A stretch of 64,000 bases of DNA from Fimbriosthenelais zetlandica (lineage: Eukaryota): positions 52,204,001 to 52,268,000 of the forward strand of contig OZ365109.1 in assembly GCA_977030845.1 (NCBI GenBank), given 5' to 3'. The notes beneath the pieces are model-generated. The model saw only the letters and a program-made list of their open reading frames with translations, did no database searches and was not told where the DNA came from. The position numbers were made by a program, and so were the translations under genes. Positions 1 through 11,135 of this stretch are shown here, piece by piece; the first letter of the stretch is position 1; every line of letters starts with the position of its first letter.

Positions 1-912
1 TGAATGCAATGCACTGATCATACCTTAAACTAGATATGTATTCAAGTTGAGCTGCATAACTTAAATAACAAAGGTACTACTCAACATGCGAGTGCTGAAG
101 GATCGTGTGTGAAAAGGTTTATCACAAAGTGCACCAAACTTACCCCAATTCACCCTCACCCATATCTTAAATCTCACTTAATATTCTAAAACATGAACAT
201 ATCAAGGCCTCCACAATCCGGGGCAGAAATTTTGACCAACTAACTTAACATTTTCTCCATCGTTCAGGGACAGGTTCATAACTTCCCGCTTCCATGGAAC
301 AGCCACAACAATATGCATACATTGTATAGAGATAGAGAAGAGACTTCCCAACCACATCCTTTGATAACTTGACATTTAAGGCTCTTAATTAAAAAGTGGC
401 AACTCTTGCACATCAGCAGTGACATAATTTATTCAAATAATGCTGTGACAGTATATTATTATTACCAAAGGATGTTAACCCATGAGAAAAGAGGATAATG
501 AAATACACTGAAACAAAACAGACGGAATTCATTGACCTTCCCCGCCCAAAATGAGTCACCTCAAGGGGGCTGAAGATAATTTAGAATAACCTTATTGTTT
601 TTTACATATCATATTTAATGGTGATTTCATGGGATAACATCCAGATGGTAACATCAAATATCCTCAGTTTACATCCATATAAACAGAGAAGACACAGAGG
701 CAGTGTTTGACACACAGGTCAGTGCCAGTGCAAGTGTGTATTAAGAGAGATCTTAATAGGTGTGACAGAAAGTGGTGTCCACATTGAGTTTGGTGAGGCT
801 CGCGCAGGCACAAATAAACAGGCATACGCGTGATAGCCCTTTCTTGCGGGGTGCCACATAGGAGCCCGCAGTAGTATGCGAAACTTGCTTGGTTACGCCA
901 ACTTTACTTTAC

Positions 913-1070
913 CTTGGAAAGCTTTCATATGTGCCACGGCCAAGCGAAGAATGGTTAGTTTATCTGGTTTTCGAGCGAGGGTACTACATGCTGGTACCAT
1001 GTCACATAACTCATTAACATATGTTGACATCTTGCTACGTCTACGCCTTTCAATCTCACAGTGGCTTTCC
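913..1070 (-). CDS. ARNT: ARNT bHLH exon, copy b (divergent mutually exclusive variant)
   Basis: 158 nt; acceptor ...ttttgctattatag| at 1071-1072, donor |gtaaag at 912-911; phase 2 in, phase 1 out; encodes (R)[52 protein letters not shown](G). Confidence 0.9.
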
Positions 1071-1713
1071 CTATAATAGCAAAACAGGGCGCAGAGCTCT
1101 TTGTCAATAGCAATCACATCAATATTATAGTTGCCACCTATCTGTCATGCTTTAACCTGATGGGTGATGGTGGGCACTGCTCAGAACCCTTTTGTTCCTT
1201 GCTGGGTGAAGCAGTTGATGTGGGATTCACTGATGATACATATAATGGTAAGATTGCTGTAGAGAAAATGGAGACACACAGAAGTCAACAAGCATCGAGA
1301 CAGGAACATCACCAAGGGACGTCATGGATGAAAGAATTACTCCAAAAATTCTTCTTGAACAGAAGCCCCAATGAACCGTTTTATTCTGACAAGATGAAGC
1401 CCATGCAGTCTTTCCTGTCTCAATGCTTCATAGATTATATGTTTTATAATAATGCATTAAGGCTTGGCAACAGAAACAGGCAGAATCTAAAAACATGCTG
1501 TAAGATCAGCTACTTGCTCAGCAATCGCCCAGTCAGGGAGTCCAAAAAAGAGGGGTTAGAAGGGTCAGGGGCCCATATGCGGAAAAAAGACAATATGATG
1601 AAAAAAAATAATAAAAAAATTATGCAGAGGTAGCTGCGCAAAGAGTAGAATAGACTAGGAAAGCCCCAGTAGATGATGCCCATGTAGGTGGAGAATGGGC
1701 GCTTTGGTTTTAC

Positions 1714-1871
1714 CTCTCATGTTTTTCATATGTGATACTGCCATACGGAGTATAGTTAGCTTGTCGGGCTTGCGGGCCAAGGTGGAACAGGTGGGAACCA
1801 TGTCGCAAAGTTCGTTCATGTATGCTGTCATTTTATTGCGGCGACGCCGCTCTATTTCACAATGGCTCTCT
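1714..1871 (-). CDS. ARNT: ARNT bHLH exon, copy a (canonical variant)
   Basis: 158 nt; acceptor ...gtgtttctgtttgtag| at 1872-1873, donor |gtaaaa at 1713-1712; phase 2 in, phase 1 out; encodes (R)[52 protein letters not shown](G). Absent from the ORF track on the minus strand. Confidence 0.95.
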
Positions 1872-4343
1872 CTACAAACAGAAACACAACAACAACGATT
1901 AGGAGGAAGAAACAGGTGTGTAACACACGAAAGTTAGTCATTTTCTCAATGACATAGGTAAAGTGAATGATTAAAATGTTTTGTTTTATTTGGCGGGCCA
2001 AATCTTTTAGGAGGACAGATTATATTTCATTAAATATTTTATAACTAAGAAATATTTCAACACTAGATTTTTTTGACAAAACCCGAAGGCATATGGTGTA
2101 TTTGAAAGTAACTTTAATTCCTTATCGAAATGGGGAAACTTAGTCAAACAGGAAATTCAAAAGAAACCATTTCAGGTGAATAACCCCTCTGAGACTGAAA
2201 GAGAATAGGTGTGACTTATAAACAGAAGAAGTTGTTTCTTGAATTATTATGGCACAAAGAAACAGTTCATGCATCAAAGATACCAAGCATGTACAGGAGA
2301 AACAACGTGTCAGACACAAGGTATTATCCAAAACAGAGAAATATGAAACGATTAGATTAGTAGACAATCCAAGTGGGAAATCTGAAGTTGACAATAACAG
2401 CAAACTATAAGGGTCTATAATAAATATTCTAATCAGTAGTTTGAACATAATTCTGGTTTTTGAAAAATAACTGAGGATAGGCTACCTATGAAGAAACAGC
2501 AAATAGATGGCTGCAGGCAGAAATGTTTGCATTCTTCATTAGAAAAGACACTGGGTGAGTAAAATGGCAAAAAAATAAAGGAGGATATAAAGAGATGAAA
2601 GGCAACACTTGGCTCTATGAGACCGATAGCTAATTAAGATAGACATAAACAGTAACTGCCAATTGCTGGCCTTATATATGTATATATTGGAACCAAGTAC
2701 AAAATGATATTATTGAAATAATGCTTAACTCTTCTAAGTAGTTTTAACATCAGAGCCTATGCCAAGCATAGTTTCCAAATTAGGAAGAATAAACAGCAAT
2801 TTCTCTCTCAGGTGACCCGTTGATATTTTTTGGTTATGGGTAGAAATAATTAAACATGAACCTTGCTTTTAAAGGAGACCAGGGGAGCAAAATTAAGTTG
2901 GGATCCATGCAATGGAAATCACCGATTTTTTCTTTGGATGTTTCAATGAAGGCAATGCTCAATAAATCGTTTACATAGAAATGGGAGGTACTTAAATCTA
3001 TACTCACAATTTCCACTGTCTTCATTTATGAAATACAAAGGATACATTCTATATGAACAAGATTTTAAAGGGTAACGTTGATACTCTCCATAGGCAAGGA
3101 GGCTCATGATCGGGTGTGACCAAAAGCCTTAGCGGATTGAAATCAAAAGTTACATCAACGCTTCAGATGTGGTCAAATTTGAATTCTGTTGGTGGGAATG
3201 ATTTTTTATTGAACCGGCCGCTCATTTTTGTTTCATTTCAATAATATCATTTTGTATGCCTGAGATGGACTGGAGAATTGTGGACAGTACAATTTGGCGC
3301 TCTCAGATTAAAATACTGTGTGGATCTATATGTGGAAAATTATATTACAAGGGACCTTACTAAGTGTGTATATATATATGTTAATGAATCTAATACACAA
3401 CCCAGGAGAGATGGTGACTTGAGAAAGATTCATCATGCAAAGAGAAACCATTACTCCAGTAATCATGAGACATACAATACACAGGGAGAGAACATTGTGC
3501 CACGATGAGTATCTAGCGATTTCAGTCCCTGCTTGCCTCTAGATATCATAATTATTATTACACATACTTTCACCTACACTTTAAATATGTAATTCAATGT
3601 ACGATAACAAATACCAACACTAGGAGAGATTTTCTTTCAAAGAGATACGAAAGCAAATCTATAGATCTACGATATGTTTAAAGACATTAAATCAATAACA
3701 ATCTGTCATGGTTATTCGATAGTAAACTGCAAGTTATTCAATTAAATGAGTGCAGGACTGAATTCGTGCTTGACCATCAGGTCAAGGTAAAGGATGGTCA
3801 ATCCATATGTACAGTATCAGATCTTCTGGTCACATAATTATATTCCGGTCATTTAACAAAGCTTCAACAATGAATCCATAGACCATTATATCAGGTTTCA
3901 TAGGTAAGCTTTTGATGAGATTTATTAGCATTTTTGACCATCCTTCCTTTACAAATCTCTAGGTCAGTACAGGAAGAGCAGACCCACATTCAGGCCTGTA
4001 ATGATATTATCTTCTCGTGAGAAATATTGCAGAATCAAATTATCCTGTTCAAAAAGGTACACCCTCGAGAGAGGGGATACTCCGTAAAGTGTAAAGGTGT
4101 ATAAAACCAATTCCTTTCAAGACCATTAGATTTTCTTACCTATAGTTATTTCTGTAGTTGGGATTATACTGGAAAGGGGTTACCCATTTTTTCATAAAAA
4201 CGGCCCGCTTTTCCCGTTCAAACCATTGCTCCTATTGAGGAAGCTAAACTCACATATATGTGAAAATGCACGATGCAGTCTCAAAAATACCGAAAAGATG
4301 GCTGGCACCTACTTCAGGTGTTTCTATATTGCGCTGTACTTAC

Positions 4344-4355
4344 AAGTATCGCTTC
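4344..4355 (-). CDS. candidate 12-nt ARNT microexon (adds KRYL before the basic region)
   Basis: gtgtgctacctttcctaaag|GAAGCGATACTT|gtaagta; frame-preserving in the phase-2 intron; strong donor, weak AAG acceptor. Confidence 0.2.
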
Positions 4356-5219
4356 CTTTAGGAAAGGTAGCACACAACATCGGTAAACGGTCATCAATAC
4401 AGGTATTCTATATGCTTGTGCAGACACCATTTTCTCTAAAGGCTTTTGCGTTTTAACTTGAAATCATTCATTATAATAGTATGAGATTGGCATGTGGGAA
4501 AAATACACATTGGCGATATCGCCTATTTCACCCAAGGTTTCGTAAGTTTTTGTCTTTTTACTTAAAACATGCACGGCAAAATTCTTCTTTTACATAGCTA
4601 TATATCCTTACCTCGATTTAGGATTATATTCATACATACATACTGGATATTTGTTTTTCATTAGTGACATTCCTTTATACACATTTCCAAAAATATTGGA
4701 ACATAAAAACGGATTTATGAAGTAACCAATATGGTTTTTGTTTCCAGTGTTTTTCTTTCGATACTCCATTTACATAAATAAAACTGAACATAGCCAAAAC
4801 TCCTTTTCCAAAAGAACTGTAATAACTCACAAAAAGAAACAGAATACTTGTATTGTACAGGTAACATAGAAACTGAGTAGATGGCTCGATTACTGCTCTT
4901 TTGTTTTCTTTTTGTCAAACAAAAATGCCAAATGATTCACCGATTGCAAAGGCTGATGAAAAAAAATAAACCTTCAATGAATGGAATCTCTGCGCATTGT
5001 GAAGTTATTTTCCCACTTTTCGAAACACTTCCTGGCATTTAAACACATTTAATTAATGAAGAAAGGGTCCTGACATAATCATAGCACACTTTTTAATGTG
5101 TATCACCATCAATTTCTGAGGTTTCAGTACATAAGGTGTACAGGATTGGAAAGAGAAGTGAGTAATTTAAGTGATATTAAATTTGAGATGTTTTCAAATG
5201 GAAGGAGAATTCAACTAAC

Positions 5220-5297
5220 CTAGCCAGCCTCTCCTTGTCGTTAGGATCGTTCTCTCCACTCCCGTAGACTCCACCCTGGGACTCATCATCATCCGAG
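5220..5297 (-). CDS. ARNT: ARNT acidic pre-bHLH exon (SDDDESQGGVYGSGENDPNDKERLAR)
   Basis: 78 nt, symmetric phase 2-2; acceptor ...gattcag|, donor ag|gttagt; resembles the vertebrate ARNT SDDEQSSADKERLAR segment. Confidence 0.9.
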
Positions 5298-5299
5298 CT

Positions 5300-5352
5300 G
5301 AATCAATCAGTATCAATCAGTCAGTATAAATCAATCAACCAACCAATCTATC
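5300..5352. repeat. degenerate (AATC)n/(TGAT)n microsatellite forming the 3' splice region of the 5220-5297 exon
   Basis: aatcaatcagtatcaatcagtcagtataaatcaatcaaccaaccaatcta on +. Confidence 0.6.
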
Positions 5353-7522
5353 TATTCCTGGCACAAACATCACATATTAATAACTGATGAAAGGATAATC
5401 GATCAGTCTAAAATGTGTATTGTGAATTATCAGCATTTTCAAGGTAATAAAATAAAGAAAGATGAAGAAAATAAACTATATGTATGAGACAGCGAAAGTC
5501 AGGAACCTGGTGAATTTGGGGTAAGAAAGGTATCAAGAACGGAATTTGGATGAGCTTACTCATTACTGTGAAAGGAACTGAAGTTTATACCTCGTTGGAT
5601 TATGAACTTGGCACTCATTAAAAGTATAGTGCATCAGGTGTTAGATTCAATAGGCGATAAATGCATGAAGAACAAATGATTTAGGTTTTATATTGAACTA
5701 ACTATAGTCATGACGTAGGATAGGGTTAGATTTGAGAGAGATGTGTTCTGGTTGAATAGCCAATACAGGATTCCCAATGGGTTCACAGAGGCGTGAAGAT
5801 GATAAAACATGAACCTCTCCAGCCTGCTTCTATATTGGGAGTGTACAGGATTTGACACCCAATTCATAATGTTGGTCAAATAGTCAATGCTAATATATCC
5901 GGTACATATTTTTTCTCCGAAATGCTAAGTGTTATCCATACTGAGATACTTCATATTTCAGTATTTTACATGAAAATTAATGTCGAAATGCAATATCCAC
6001 TATCCATGTCTAAATCTAATACTATTTAACTTTAAAGGTATCCACAAAATTTATTCAACACATTCTCACTTATTTATGAGCTATCAGATGCTGTCATATG
6101 AACCTTCGGAGTTCTAGTTCAGTTCCATAATTCAGTTCCATCTCTTTTATCCAATTAGCCAAATTGCAATCATCTAAAACTTAGATGTAAAATCTCCCCT
6201 CTACACCACCCAAACGTGTCATGAAAGCTGTGGGGAGGATAAATACAAGTGTTGGTAATGGCCATGTTTAGTGAGTATATGTGTAGGAGAGTAACTATAG
6301 ATCGCACTTAGCATCTCCACATCAAACTCTGTGGCTGTGACCAAGAGTCAGTCATTGTCTCTTTTCCTTGACTATAATCCACATATCAAGCCACAGCTTC
6401 AGCCAGAAGATCTATGATCAAACATGTCAATTATCATGGTATATGTCCTCAAGTAGTGCCTCAGTTCGCACGTGTAGCAGGAAACTGGTACAATGATCAT
6501 CAAGGCATGAGGCTTTTGCAGACACACAGTATGTACTGCAGGATACCATGACTTATGTTAGGCATTCATTCATTCCGTTTTTAGCACACACATTACGTTA
6601 TTAGAATCCGACTTGGAAGACCTTTACCCGAACCATGTCTATTTTGTGGCAATTCTTTGTTTCGTATACAATCCTAAATAGTGAGTCATTCTTTCTTTCC
6701 AATTAGGGGGTCATACGGTGGCAGAATAAGGCAGAGAAAAGGCAACATAATACCAGCTAAACCGAAAATGAAACTTGTCGGCTTTTTTTCCACACTGAGT
6801 AAATTCTCAGTGGTGTTCATTTATTAAAAGCCAATATTTTCTCCTGCCTGTATACCTCACTAGGATTTTTCCATATATTACTTCCCATAAAGTTTCTATT
6901 TCACTCTAGGGATTTCAAGCCAAGACGTGAAATTTTCTCCCTTAAAAAAGGAAGTCGTGAGGAGGGAATACATTTTCTGGAGTAAGACAATTCCCGAGTT
7001 TATCAGTAGATTTGATTCCTGACTAACCATGTGGCCGCCTTAGTCAGGCTCCATCCCTCAGTCGTACTCTCTCCACGTGTGACACAATGAGTTGGAAACA
7101 AACACGCCCAGCACCTTCCCTACTCTGACACTTTGGACTTAAAGCTTTCAAAATGAGTGTTGTGCAAATAGCTATCAGCCATATCAGACACTCCGCTGTT
7201 GAGTTCTCATTGCTTTTGCCTTATCTATCATACTAGTTTTGAAATCTTTTTATAAATATTTTTCTCCCATACTAAATTAAGAGTATACATATTTCATGAT
7301 CTGGTGGTTCCTCTTATCGACAATGGCAGAAAGATATATTATTTATAGATCTGGCAATAACTCTTTATTTAATCTTTTCCACTGTGATTTTTGGTTGCTG
7401 TTTTCTTTCTTCAGAGGTTAACATGAAGGCTCGAATAGAATATGTACAAGACTTCACCTTGTGATTTCATTTATAAATCGGCTTTCTAATGAGATGTAAA
7501 AATCATCAATACATGTACTTAC

Positions 7523-7580
7523 TCTCGCCCACTGCCAGCACCGGGTATCTTCCTCTTGCGACCTTTGTCAGGAGTTGGTG
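7523..7580 (-). CDS. ARNT: ARNT exon with basic NLS-like motif (PTPDKGRKRKIPGAGSGR)
   Basis: 58 nt; acceptor ttttattcttttag|, donor ga|gtaagt; phase 1 in, phase 2 out; joins in frame to 5297 (GA|C = Asp). Confidence 0.88.
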
Positions 7581-9181
7581 CTAAAAGAATAAAACAAATT
7601 TGGATTAATAATGAACCCACACAAGTTAGAGTAAGAGGATTATATTGATTTATATGACAAATATTACTTTCTCCTTCCAGGATTCGGAAAAATACTCAGG
7701 ACAACTTTAGCTCACATTAATTTTGCAGCGCCTCCGGGGATTTAAATCATTTTAATATTTTAACTGATTTATTCGCATTTACTTTGGGACTGCGAACATG
7801 ATGTTTCATGGAAACATTATTTATATGTTGACTTGTATAAAGAAGCTATCATAAGTAATCAGAAAATATTGACGGTAACTGTACACTTGAGTACTGCACC
7901 TGTTAGGTTTAAATAATGAGAGTGGGCTAAACTAGCCCCGAGCTAACTTTCATCACCGGAGAGGATGACTATTTTATGTTTCCTGTGTATAAACCTGGTC
8001 AAATACCTTAATGTAACCAATTAAATATACATTAATCCAAGCCCCGAGCCACGGACGACAATGACCAGAGCATCAGATTGGATGCAATCAAGGTCGGCAC
8101 ATAATCTACAGATCCCATACAAACTACATCATATCATAGTACATATGTCAGTCTTCCTTCAAAATGCCCAAACAGAAGCTAATTATGAAATTTTAATCAT
8201 TCAACACCACAAAGAAATATTTCTATTAAATATAAAACAATTCCAAATAGAAATGTATTTGGACTTTCCTGACCGAATGTTACTTTATTGTCTAATGAAA
8301 GGAAGATGTGCATGTCTTTTACGTTTAGATTTTGTGAGTGTTTTTTTTAGATCTACATGTATTTGTAAATTTTATTGTTTTCAGATTATCATTGAAGAAG
8401 ATGCTTTCCCCTGATAGCAGTTCCTTTTCTCCGGTTATCTTTCAATTTGGAACTTTTAACTCGGAGAAGAATTGTTTCCCTGGACACTAGGTGCGGGATG
8501 GTGATATTTTGCATGTTATGCAGGGTGGGAGTTACCTGTACAGATGGAGGTGGTATGATGTCATGCATGGTAACTGATAGTGTTAAGGGATACCCTGGAT
8601 GGAAAGGGACCTGCAGGCTCCATCATCTTCCCTCTAACTCCCTGAGGCTGGCAACGGGAGAGGGAAGAAGGACTGAACTCCATCAAGCCCAACATTAAGG
8701 GCATAAATTTCATTTAATAATTAACTTGAGTGACTTGTCACTTCTAAAAATTTGAGTAGTTCTGAGCTTAGTACCGGTAGATAGTCATAAATCTGATTTA
8801 AATGCCTTATGGGATTTTGTTTATTAAAATGGTACATGAAAAATATATTTCTTAATGTTAATTTTCAGAAAAGCACCTGTGACATTCAGCTTGAACTGCC
8901 AATATGTAAATTGGGCTCTAAAGGTCGCTACAAATGAAATCCCTAGAATTAGCGAGATATTTTTTCATGTGACAATTAAAGTATTCATGATTCTCAGGAA
9001 GCTATTCAACCAACTTTAGTGATTCAGAGAATGCACTTCTACTTGATCTGACAATATATGACGGTCATATATTTTCATTTCTAATATCTAAAATAGCAAG
9101 GGGAAAATACTCCAATAGGAATATAGAAACCAAGCAGTATAGGACTTATTTTATGATATAGAAAAATATTGTTGAGCGTAC

Positions 9182-9430
9182 CATTGTACATGAGAGAGGT
9201 GGGTGGCATCATGTTGGCATGGTGATGGGTCACGTGGTGGGGGTTCCTCATACTAAGGTCCAGGGTATGATGATAGTAATGGGCACCAGGGGGCGCCATG
9301 CCTGACCCCAGGTGTGGGGGCATACCGCCAGGCGGCGTATTTAAAGAATAATCCATAGCATAAGATGAGCTTTGATCGTATGGATCTAACATATTCATGA
9401 TTCCTCCTATATTATCCAATCCACAAAATC
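9182..9430 (-). CDS. ARNT: alternative ARNT N-terminal exon, His/Pro/Met/Gly-rich (ATG at 9398)
   Basis: GC-richer open frame MNMLDPYDQSSSYAMDYSLNTPPGGMPPHLGSGMAPPGAHYYHHTLDLSMRNPHHVTHHHANMMPPTSLMYN with phase-1 donor aatg|gtacgc (9181); candidate acceptor ...aatatatag| at 9431-9432 gives a 249-nt phase 1-1 exon; in frame with exon 7523-7580. Confidence 0.7.
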
Positions 9431-9853
9431 CTATATATTACAAAGGGATTTATCAAACAATTTCCCCCTCCAATCCTTCAGACCGACACATATGGATAAC
9501 TTATTTTATACCAAGTATGTATTTTGTAAGGTTTGCTATACTTTCCCGTTGGATAATGATGAAACCATAGAAGTATATGGTCTATGAAGATACACAGATA
9601 AATTTCCTATGTAAGTTCGGTAAGAATCCAATACACACTGCACTAGTAAGTATAGGCTGAATAGAGGACTATATCAAAAGCCCAGATGCGTCCTCGAAAT
9701 CTCCACGAAAGCTCTTTTTGGATAATTCCACACAAAAAAAATATAATCCAGTCACTAAATATCCCCAACCAAACTGGTCACCGATTATCCTTTCTTCTAA
9801 GTAAACTATCTTCCCCACAAAGGATGTATAGTCTTATCCAGTCGGTTACTCAC

Positions 9854-10400
9854 TGACCAATTATCAGGTTAGAAGTTGCTAAGTGGTACTGAATGACCAC
9901 CGGAGAGACGCGTGGATTCAGAGGACGGGAGGCAATCCAGGTGAGAAGAGATGGCGGATAAGCTAACCTTCCACTCCAGCTGTTAACACTCACTTAATTA
10001 GCCTCCCCAGCACAAATATACACACAGACACTCCGTGTGACACCTAATAAGCTAAACCAATAGCTCAACAAAGCAACAATGGAATCCTAGATCACAAGTA
10101 AGTTACGATTACAAGCCAAAAACTTTGTAAGGTCCCTTATTGATACAAATGATCGTTATTTCTTATGGATCACAAGTATGAGTAATTGTTCCGCTTAGTT
10201 AATACTATAGGATCCGTGGATGGAGTAAGTGTTTTGGATCTGTTAACGGGATCCAGTCAAATGTGACCCAACTAAGGGGGGATGCTGCTGTTAACAGTGT
10301 GTTGGGATCGTGAGCTACTGAGCGTGTAGGAGTAGTGAGAGCGTGTGTTGGTGAGTGAATGAGTGAGTGTGAGGGAGAGTGGGCGTGTGTGTGTTATCAT
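9854..10400 (-). promoter_or_regulatory. putative internal ARNT promoter and non-coding first exon feeding the 9182-9430 exon
   Basis: Minus-strand Inr-like TCATTC/TCACTC repeats around 10350-10375; two GTGAGT donors at 9993 and 9853; no ATG in the 130 nt before the 9853 donor; more CpG than the flanks. Confidence 0.4.
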
Positions 10401-11135
10401 TGGGCCTAGTGATGCGTTCATTATGCAGCCAGATATGAAGGACATTCCGGAAATCAGAGACCAAGAGAGACACGATAGTTGGTTGTGTATTCATTAAAAT
10501 TATTAGTTCTCAACATAAAAGTACCAAGATATGAATGATATGAACTCAAATGTCAATCAAAAATCTTTTTTGATAGAATATAAAATCTCGAGCGTTTGTC
10601 ATCTTGTATCAGGTTTCAAGGCATCACTGTGGTAGGGCCGGATACACAGCCGTTTATGAAGGGAATGTTTTGACTGTCGAGGTTAAAATAATAAGATTTG
10701 TCATCAATTACATCCATATCAGACTGGTAGGGATCCAAAAATGATTTTTTTTTACTATATATGGGTATGCACAGAGAAGATGTCTGCATGTTATCCGCAT
10801 ACAAGAGTGCTAATGGCCCGGTTTTTTACTCAAAATTTATTGGAAGAAATTCGCTTGATTTCTGGTATCAAATGTTCTTGCAGGGCGACGTTTTGCAACA
10901 GAATAAAATATGCCTCACATTTTTTCGGAGGCCATGTGAGATATCTTTTCAAAAGAGGCCTGTTGGAATCAGGAAATTAACCATTGTCATTGATGTATTT
11001 GGGAAGTTTCAACGAATGGATACAAGACAGATACAAATGTTGGCAAAAGAAGGAAACGAACAAACCAGTGGGTGGGAACCAAGCCTCATGCCAAGACGCA
11101 AGAGAGGAAGTTGGGAACTACCCCCTACTACTCAC

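Noticed and set aside
876-1076. Plus-strand ORFs 876-1076 and 1695-1937
   Set aside because: Antisense shadows of the two ARNT bHLH exons.
913-1871. BMAL1/cycle identity, or two separate paralogous genes
   Set aside because: Residues ([18 protein letters not shown]) are ARNT-type; only one set of upstream exons exists and the copies are single exons 643 nt apart.
2990-3025. Minus-strand ATG AAG ACA GTG GAA ATT|gtgagt as an ARNT exon
   Set aside because: No credible acceptor, and phase 0 from its ATG does not fit the phase-2 bHLH acceptors.
8540-8640. Minus-strand MMEPA(G)|gtcc or MHDIIPPPSVQ|gtaact as ARNT first exons
   Set aside because: The first has a very weak donor; the second is in the wrong phase.
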